From an uncultured Aliarcobacter sp. (lineage in GTDB: Bacteria > Campylobacterota > Campylobacteria > Campylobacterales > Arcobacteraceae): a stretch of 64,000 nt of DNA. Below are positions 57,809-64,000 of the stretch, piece after piece. The first letter of the stretch is position 1. The number at the start of each line of letters is the position of its first letter. The notes beneath the pieces are model-generated. The model saw only the letters and a program-made list of their open reading frames with translations. It did not search any database and was not told where the DNA came from. The position numbers were made by a program, and so were the translations under genes. Where the stretch lies: the NCBI GenBank assembly GCA_963677435.1, contig OY781945.1, forward strand, positions 1,632,001 through 1,696,000. The letters are read 5' to 3'.

Positions 57809-57874
57809 TTTCTATCCTTTTTATTTAGTATATCTCTTTTTTTTATTACTTTGTATGCTATTTTTGTCTTTTAA

Positions 57875-58183
57875 TTACCAAGGACCCTGAAATCTGTTTA
57901 CTTTGTGTAAAACCTTTTTTTTATGTTTTGTAACGCGTCCTTGAACTCTTTTTCTCCACATTTTAAAACTACTTTTTTTTAGTAAGTTTCTCATCTTTTT
58001 TTTCACTTGATTTTCAGTCAAACCATAAAGTTCAAAAATTGTATCAAAGGTAGTTCTATCTTGCCATGCCATCTCGATTAGACGATTTAAATCCTCTTCT
58101 TTTAGCTCTTCTAAACTTTTATTCTCTTTTTTAGGTTTTTTTGTAAAATCTAGTTTTACACTATCTTTTTTTTCAAAATACAT
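57875..58183 (-). CDS. TIGR03643/DUF2805 family protein
   Basis: RLIEMAWQDRT.F..I...YGL.E.QV...MR..LK.SSFKMWRKRV.GR.TKH; start probably MYFEKK. Confidence 0.85.
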   Translation of the reverse strand: MYFEKKDSVKLDFTKKPKKENKSLEELKEEDLNRLIEMAWQDRTTFDTIFELYGLTENQVKKKMRNLLKKSSFKMWRKRVQGRVTKHKKKVLHKVNRFQGPW

Positions 58184-58185
58184 AG

Positions 58186-58707
58186 TTATTCCTGAATAGT
58201 CCAAATTAGTTTTGAAGTATCAAATCCTAAAGTTGGAAGTTTTTGTAAAATTTCATTTTTTACAGAAGCAGGAATTTTATTTTCCCTTGATAAAATCCAC
58301 AAATACTCTCTTGATGGAGTTCCCACAACCGCATAATTATAATCTTTATCTAAAATTAAAACCCAATAATCACCATAAAATGGTCTAAAAAAACTAACTT
58401 TTAATTTGCTATTTGTTTCATCTGTTGCATGGGCTCGACCTTGTGCTTCACCTTTTTCATTTGTAGTTATTTTTGTACATCTATTTATTACTTTTATAGT
58501 TTCTGCATCCATCATAGAGTAGTTTGCTGTAACATTTTTGCAATCTCTCTCAAAGAAGTGTTCAAATCTTGCTATTTCATACCAAGTTCCAAGATATTTT
58601 TCTAAATCAACTTTTTCTACAGTTTGAAGAGGTGGATTTTTTGTAGAACAAGCGGTAAAAAGTAAAATCATTGATAAAATGAGAGTACTTTTAAATATAT
58701 TTTTCAT
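58186..58707 (-). CDS. blc: Bacterial lipocalin lipoprotein
   Basis: Lipobox LFTAC, YLGTWYEIARF, LKVSFF.PFYGDYWV, YLWILSR; start MKNIF at 58707. Confidence 0.92.
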   Translation of the reverse strand: MKNIFKSTLILSMILLFTACSTKNPPLQTVEKVDLEKYLGTWYEIARFEHFFERDCKNVTANYSMMDAETIKVINRCTKITTNEKGEAQGRAHATDETNSKLKVSFFRPFYGDYWVLILDKDYNYAVVGTPSREYLWILSRENKIPASVKNEILQKLPTLGFDTSKLIWTIQE

Positions 58708-58946
58708 AAGTGTACCTTTTTGTTTTCTATATGATAGTCTAATAAAAAGAATTTTTGTATCTATTTTTTGTAAGTTCAACTTAATATCTTTAAAATTTAG
58801 ATAAAGGCGCTATTTTCTTTGCATAAGCAATCTCTATATCAAAAAAGATTACAATGTTATATCAAAACAAAAAAAATCACTGTAAAATTAATATAAATTA
58901 TTGCTTTAATTGTACACTACAATGATTTAGATAAGAGGAATTTAAA

Positions 58947-59333
58947 ATGAATATAAAAATGTTACTATTGGGTGCTTGTAGTGCTTTAGCATTACATGCT
59001 AGCAATGGTTTTAATAGTGAAGCAAGTCACTTTGTAGGTGGAGCTGCTATTGCAGGTGGAACAACAGCAATTGTAGATAGTTATTATCCAGAATATAGAG
59101 ATAATAGGGGAATGATAGGATTTGGAGTGAGTAGTGTTTATATTATAATAGAGCAAAGTTTTGAATATGCAGAAAATGGAAAGGCTAGTGCCCAGTTACT
59201 TGATGCAGCAGCACATATAGCAGGTGCAGCACTTGGATCTTTTATTACAGATAAATATATTTTATTACCTATTATTAAAGATTCTCAAAAAGATGGAAAA
59301 ACTGTAGGATTAGCTATTCAACATAATTTCTAA
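58947..59333 (+). CDS. Hypothetical secreted/membrane protein
   Basis: Signal peptide, SHF..GA, E..E, D....IAGA.LG (loosely YfiM-like). Confidence 0.65.
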   Translation: MNIKMLLLGACSALALHASNGFNSEASHFVGGAAIAGGTTAIVDSYYPEYRDNRGMIGFGVSSVYIIIEQSFEYAENGKASAQLLDAAAHIAGAALGSFITDKYILLPIIKDSQKDGKTVGLAIQHNF

Positions 59334-59388
59334 AAAGAATGTAGGACAATTAATTTAAATATATAAGTAATTTTTTGTCCTTCTTTTA

Positions 59389-60132
59389 TTAGTTTATTTG
59401 CTTTTCAAAAAATTCAGTCATATATGTTCTATAAATCAAAGGAACAAGTTGAGTTTGAAGTTTTGGATTTATTCTTTCTTTTATTGTTACTCCTGAAAAA
59501 AAACTTTTCCATAGTTTTTGAAATTTATCTTCACTTCCTGATTTATTTGGCTCTTCAAAAAATGCTACTTCTTGTAAACTATAATTATCATTTATTTTTA
59601 TAAAAGCTAATTTTCTATTTATATCGTGAATTATAAAATTTTGGTTATTAAATCTTTTTAAAAAGTGTTTAGCCAAAAAATATACCACATTAAATTTACA
59701 CTCAAGTTTTGCGTATAAACTACCATCTTCAAGCTCTTCAAATCTTATAAATGCATACATTTTATGAACATTTTTAAATAACTCTTTTTCAAGACTATTT
59801 AGATAAAAAACGCAAGAATTATTGATATTGTTTAGTTGTTTTGCATCTTTGAAACCTAATACAATATACTCTAAAAGTGTCATTTCAAAATCTCTTGAAT
59901 CACACATAAAGATATTTAGTATTTTTTCTATTATGTTTTTAGGAAATTTCATTTTTATGGCTTCTAAAACTTTTTTATAGTTTTCTTCATTTGTTTTTAT
60001 AGTTTTTATTTCATCAAATATTATCTCATTTGGAAGAGATTTATATATATTTGTAGGTTTTAGTTTTTTATAATAAACCTCATAAATTAAAGATAAAAAT
60101 CCTTCAAAAGTACTATCATAAAGTAAAATCAT
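59389..60132 (-). CDS. TIGR03915/DUF4130 putative DNA repair protein
   Basis: YDSTFEGFLS, HKMYAFIRFEE, HFLKRF..Q.FIIHD..R, FQKLWKSFF....IKERINPKLQ; coupled to the radical SAM gene. Confidence 0.9.
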   Translation of the reverse strand: MILLYDSTFEGFLSLIYEVYYKKLKPTNIYKSLPNEIIFDEIKTIKTNEENYKKVLEAIKMKFPKNIIEKILNIFMCDSRDFEMTLLEYIVLGFKDAKQLNNINNSCVFYLNSLEKELFKNVHKMYAFIRFEELEDGSLYAKLECKFNVVYFLAKHFLKRFNNQNFIIHDINRKLAFIKINDNYSLQEVAFFEEPNKSGSEDKFQKLWKSFFSGVTIKERINPKLQTQLVPLIYRTYMTEFFEKQIN

Positions 60133-61364
60133 AATTCACCCGTAATTGAACTTGTATCAAATAATGAAGGCTGAATCAGTTTTTTTGGTTCTGGTTTTAT
60201 TAAAGCTAATCTTAGATTCTCCCTATAAAAAGGTACTTGTCTTTGGAACTCTTTGTTGCAAGTGATAAAATACATGGCTTTTTTTATTGAAATTTTTAGT
60301 TTTTTTAAATCATTAAAAGTAAGTCTTTTAAACCTTCTTGCGTTTATTATTTTCATTACACCTCTTGCTCCAATTCCTGGAATTCTTAGCAGTTCTTCTT
60401 TTGAAGCTGTATTTATTTCCATTGGGAAGTATTTTAGATTATTTAAAGCCCAAAAAGCTTTTGGGTCTAAATTTTCATCCAAATTTGGAAATTCATCTGT
60501 TACTATTTCATCCCAAGAAAAATCATAAAACCTAAGTAACCAATCAGCTTGATAGAGTCTATGTTCCCTCAAAAGTGGCGGTTTTGTGATGATTGAAGGT
60601 AAATTTTTATTGTCATTTACAGGAATATAAGCACTATAATAAACCCTTTTTAACAAAGCCTTATCATAAAGTGCAGAGCTTAGTTTTAAAATATCCCTAT
60701 CACTTTCAGGGGTTGCTCCAATGATTAGTTGCGTACTCATTCCTATTGGTTTTTGCTCTTTTGCTAGGCTTAAATCCCTTGCAAATTTTAGTGGTTGAAG
60801 TACTTTTTCTTTTGTTTTATTTGGAGCTAAAAGTTTTAGAGACTTATCACTTGGAAGCTCAATATTTGAGCTTACTCTATTTGCTAATTTTACTATTTGT
60901 TCAACTAATTCCATACTACTTCCTGGAATTAGTTTTACATGAATATAACCATTAAATTTATACTCATATCGTAAAATCTTCAAAGCTTTTAACATTAAAG
61001 TCATTGTATGGTCTTCTGTTTTTACAATTCCAGAACTTAAAAAAAGTCCTTCTATATAGTTTCTTTTATAAAAATTTATAGTTATATCAGCCAGTTCTCT
61101 TGGAGTAAAAACAGCTCTTGGAATGTCATTTGATACACGATTAATACAATATGCACAATCATAAATGCAAATATTTGTAAGTAATACTTTAAGTAAGGAT
61201 ACGCATCTTCCATCAGGTGTAAATGTATGACAAATTCCACTTGTGTGAGTCGCACCTAATTCACCTTTTTTAAAGTTTGTTTCAACTCCACTTGATGAGC
61301 AAGATACATCATATTTTGCGCTGTTAGCAAGGATTTCCATTTTTTCATAAATAGCTGTTTTCAT
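60129..61364 (-). CDS. Putative DNA modification/repair radical SAM protein (TIGR03916)
   Basis: SAKYDVSCSSSG, GICH.F.PDGRC, CIYDCAYC (CxxxCxxC), REHRLYQADWL.RFY, HhH LLRIPGIG. Confidence 0.95.
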   Translation of the reverse strand: MKTAIYEKMEILANSAKYDVSCSSSGVETNFKKGELGATHTSGICHTFTPDGRCVSLLKVLLTNICIYDCAYCINRVSNDIPRAVFTPRELADITINFYKRNYIEGLFLSSGIVKTEDHTMTLMLKALKILRYEYKFNGYIHVKLIPGSSMELVEQIVKLANRVSSNIELPSDKSLKLLAPNKTKEKVLQPLKFARDLSLAKEQKPIGMSTQLIIGATPESDRDILKLSSALYDKALLKRVYYSAYIPVNDNKNLPSIITKPPLLREHRLYQADWLLRFYDFSWDEIVTDEFPNLDENLDPKAFWALNNLKYFPMEINTASKEELLRIPGIGARGVMKIINARRFKRLTFNDLKKLKISIKKAMYFITCNKEFQRQVPFYRENLRLALIKPEPKKLIQPSLFDTSSITGEL

Positions 61365-61407
61365 ATTTGTATTTTAGTAAAAATAAAACCTTTCCTTTAA
61401 AAATATA

Positions 61408-62802
61408 TCAATTTGTAATGAAAAGATTTTTTGTAAATTTATCTGCTATTTTTAGATGATTTTCTAGCTTATCTTTTGGCATTTTATTTAAAAGTGCTAT
61501 TTGCATCGCCATTCTTGGATTTTTCTCAAATTTAGGTGAATATTTATATAAAAATCTCCAATATAAAGCATCTACAATTTCACACCAAGGTTCACTTTTT
61601 TTATAATCACTCATTTTTAAAATATAGTTAGAACTTGCAATATATGGTTTTGTTGTAATACTTCCACCATCACTAAATCCACTCATACCATAAACATTTC
61701 CAACCATCACCCAATCATAGGCATCAATGTAGTATTTCATAAAAAATTTATAAACATCATTTGGTTTTATTTCAAGTAATAAAAAAATATTTCCTAAAAT
61801 CATAAGCCTTTCTATGTGGTGATTATAAGCGCTATTATTTAACTTTTTTATACAATCATCAAGGGGAGTTAAGCCACTTTGGGCTTTTAGTATTTTAGAT
61901 GGTATTTTATTTTTAAATTCAAAAAAATTAGAGTTTCTAAGCTTCACACCATCATCTTGATAAATCTTTAGCATAAACTCCCTCCATCCAATAATCTGTC
62001 TTATAAAGCCTTCTTTTGCATTGTATGGAGCATTTGCATTTACAACTCTTTCTATTAAATTATTTAAGTCAATAAGTCCAATATTTAAGCTACTTGAGAT
62101 ATTTGAGTGAAATAAAAAAATCTCTTTTAAATCTTTTGTAATGGCATCTTGATATGAACCAAAGTTCTCAAACTTTTCTCTTATAAAATAGTCTAATTGC
62201 AAAGAAGCTTCATCAAAACTACTTGGATAATAAAAGTTATCACAAATACCAACACTTTTGAACTTTTTACAATAACTTCTAGCTTCTTTTACATATTCAT
62301 TTTCATAAGCTAAAGTAGGGGGAATTTTAATATCTTTTGGAAGTTTTTTTCTATTGTCTTCATCAAAACTATATTTCCCATTAAGTGGTTTACCGTTTTC
62401 CATAAAAATATTTAATTCTTTTCTTCTATTAATATAAAACTTATGCATAAACTTATTTGAGTCATTTGGGTTTATGAAGTTTGGATTTTTTATGGTGGTG
62501 ATATTTGAAAAGTTTTTATAAACCTTTCTTTCTAAATAGTTATCAAAAAGTTCATATATAAATATCTCTTGGTTTTTATAAGTTTCAAGATAACTTTTAT
62601 CTTCAAAATACTCTACATCAATACCATTTTGAAATAGATAATTTTCATAAAACTTCATACTAGCTCTATGAAGAACTAACTTTTGAATATGAAACTCATA
62701 TTGAGTGAAAAATAGTGGTTCTTCTATCAAAAGTACTTTTTTGTTTTTGAAATGTGATAAGTCTTTAAATAGTTGGTTTGGGTAAAGTATAAATATTTTC
62801 AT
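61408..62802 (-). CDS. Cryptochrome/photolyase family protein (PhrB/CryPro type)
   Basis: YPNQLF, HIQKLVLHRASM, FGSYQDA, LFHS.IS..LNIGL, EGFIRQIIGWREF, HHIERLM, YIDAYDWVM..NVYGM, TKPY..SSNYI.KMSDY. Confidence 0.93.
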   Translation of the reverse strand: MKIFILYPNQLFKDLSHFKNKKVLLIEEPLFFTQYEFHIQKLVLHRASMKFYENYLFQNGIDVEYFEDKSYLETYKNQEIFIYELFDNYLERKVYKNFSNITTIKNPNFINPNDSNKFMHKFYINRRKELNIFMENGKPLNGKYSFDEDNRKKLPKDIKIPPTLAYENEYVKEARSYCKKFKSVGICDNFYYPSSFDEASLQLDYFIREKFENFGSYQDAITKDLKEIFLFHSNISSSLNIGLIDLNNLIERVVNANAPYNAKEGFIRQIIGWREFMLKIYQDDGVKLRNSNFFEFKNKIPSKILKAQSGLTPLDDCIKKLNNSAYNHHIERLMILGNIFLLLEIKPNDVYKFFMKYYIDAYDWVMVGNVYGMSGFSDGGSITTKPYIASSNYILKMSDYKKSEPWCEIVDALYWRFLYKYSPKFEKNPRMAMQIALLNKMPKDKLENHLKIADKFTKNLFITN

Positions 62803-63106
62803 ATCATGAGTTTATGAAAAATTTTGATTGTTTTGTAGTGTATTTTTGTAAATTGAATTATTTGTGAGTCTTTTTATATATTCTCTTTTCTTGATTTATA
62901 AAATTAGACTCTTTCATTTTGTTATATCATTTTAAAAACTAAAAAATTTAAAGTATTGTTATAATAAATTGGGATAATTTCTGAAAAATAATTAAGTTAA
63001 GTTTAAATAAGTTATGTTATCTTTTATATCAAGTACAAAATATCGCCATTATAATTAATCTTCAAATTTCACTTTAGATATTTAAATAAAGTACTAAGGA
63101 AAAAAT

Positions 63107-64000
63107 ATGCAAAGAAACTATCAAGAAATAATAGAGAAAAAGTATTTACCAAAACTTTTTTTTAATAATAAAAATGAGCCAAGACATGTGGGTATTGAAA
63201 TTGAATACTCAAATCTTTCACTAGAAAAAAGTGCCAAACTTGTATCTGATTTATTTGGTGGGAACTTACACAAAATCACAAAATACGAACTTGAATTAAA
63301 AGATACTAAATATGGGAACTTCAAATTTGAACTAGATGCCCAATTACTTCAAAAAATGCAAAGTGATAATTTATTTGATAAACTTAGTGACATAATTGGA
63401 AGTGTATCACATAGTATAGATGACATTGTAGATAAAACATCTAAGGGATTTGTCCCTTTTGAAATAGCAGCTCCTCCAATACCAATTAAAAATCTAGATG
63501 AAGCTGATAAAATGATTGAAAGTCTTAGGTTAAATGGAGCATTAGGAACTACTCATTCTCTTTATTATGCATTTGGAGTTCATTTTAATATAGAACCACC
63601 AAGTCAAAATATTGAAGATGTATTAAGACTTTTTAAATCATTTTTAATTATTCAAAAGTGGATAGAAGTTCAAAGTGAAGTTGATATAGCTAGAAAAATT
63701 TCACCTTATATAAATGACTTCCCAAAAGAGTATATTAAAAAAATTGTTGATATAGATTATAAGCCAACAAAAGAAGAGTTTTTACAAGATTATATAAAAT
63801 ATAATCCTACTCGAAATCGTATTTTGGATATGTTACCACAACTAGCTTTTTGGGATGAAAAAGAAGTAAGAAAACATCTTCCAAAAGAAAAAATAAATCC
63901 AAGACCAACATACCACTATAGACTACCAAATTCAAAAGTAAATCTTTTTAGATGGAACCTTTCTCAAGAGTTTCAATTGTGGGTAATAGTTGAAATCTTA
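63107..64000 (+). CDS. Putative amidoligase (COOH-NH2 ligase type 2), runs off the window
   Basis: Manual translation from ATG 63107 after AAGGA: RHVGIEIEY, FELDA, VPFEIAAPPI, YAFGVHFNIE, NPTRNR.LDMLP, RPTYHYRLPNS. Confidence 0.85.
   Translation, partial: MQRNYQEIIEKKYLPKLFFNNKNEPRHVGIEIEYSNLSLEKSAKLVSDLFGGNLHKITKYELELKDTKYGNFKFELDAQLLQKMQSDNLFDKLSDIIGSVSHSIDDIVDKTSKGFVPFEIAAPPIPIKNLDEADKMIESLRLNGALGTTHSLYYAFGVHFNIEPPSQNIEDVLRLFKSFLIIQKWIEVQSEVDIARKISPYINDFPKEYIKKIVDIDYKPTKEEFLQDYIKYNPTRNRILDMLPQLAFWDEKEVRKHLPKEKINPRPTYHYRLPNSKVNLFRWNLSQEFQLWVIVEIL

Noticed and set aside
57486..57890. 134-aa plus-strand ORF
   Set aside because: Antisense to the phasin-like gene; Ser/Phe-rich shadow composition.
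1..64000. CRISPR array, rRNA, prophage or recognisable anti-phage defence operon
   Set aside because: No regularly spaced repeats, rRNA-like sequence, phage structural genes or known defence motifs were seen; vgrG is T6SS-type.

Overview
Very AT-rich chromosomal window whose proteins and gene order look like Campylobacterota, most likely Arcobacteraceae (inference from protein families and promoter style). Left to right: (1) housekeeping block with a polysaccharide deacetylase, ThiF, LysE, carB, a Sua5-like gene and an atypical tRNA-Glu(UUC); (2) a tRNA-adjacent island with an IS3 relic and a six-gene operon encoding SxtJ-like, SxtK/DUF5989-like, O-carbamoyltransferase, two SGNH proteins and an MBOAT, in which both the 50-aa peptide and the MBOAT end in the DltX-type F-[IV]-Y-x-x-F acyl-shuttle motif; (3) a decayed integrative/mobilizable element (~15.1-22.3 kb) with Rep-like, relaxase and integrase relics and two acyltransferase-3 genes, one interrupted by a 23-bp tandem duplication; (4) stress, transport and regulatory genes, a REP doublet, and an uncharacterised operon (ferritin-like diiron protein, acyl-CoA dehydrogenase-like flavoprotein, signal-less PhnD-fold protein) behind a structured leader; (5) an HxlR-linked quinone/electrophile detoxification cluster; (6) an orphan vgrG-effector-immunity locus followed by mosaic fragments of effector and vgrG; (7) a UbiB/lipocalin/TIGR03915-TIGR03916/photolyase cluster and an amidoligase running off the right edge. 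The best candidates for undescribed systems are the carbamoyltransferase-MBOAT-SGNH-peptide operon and the ferritin/ACAD/PhnD-fold operon. All family calls come from motif recognition, not database searches.
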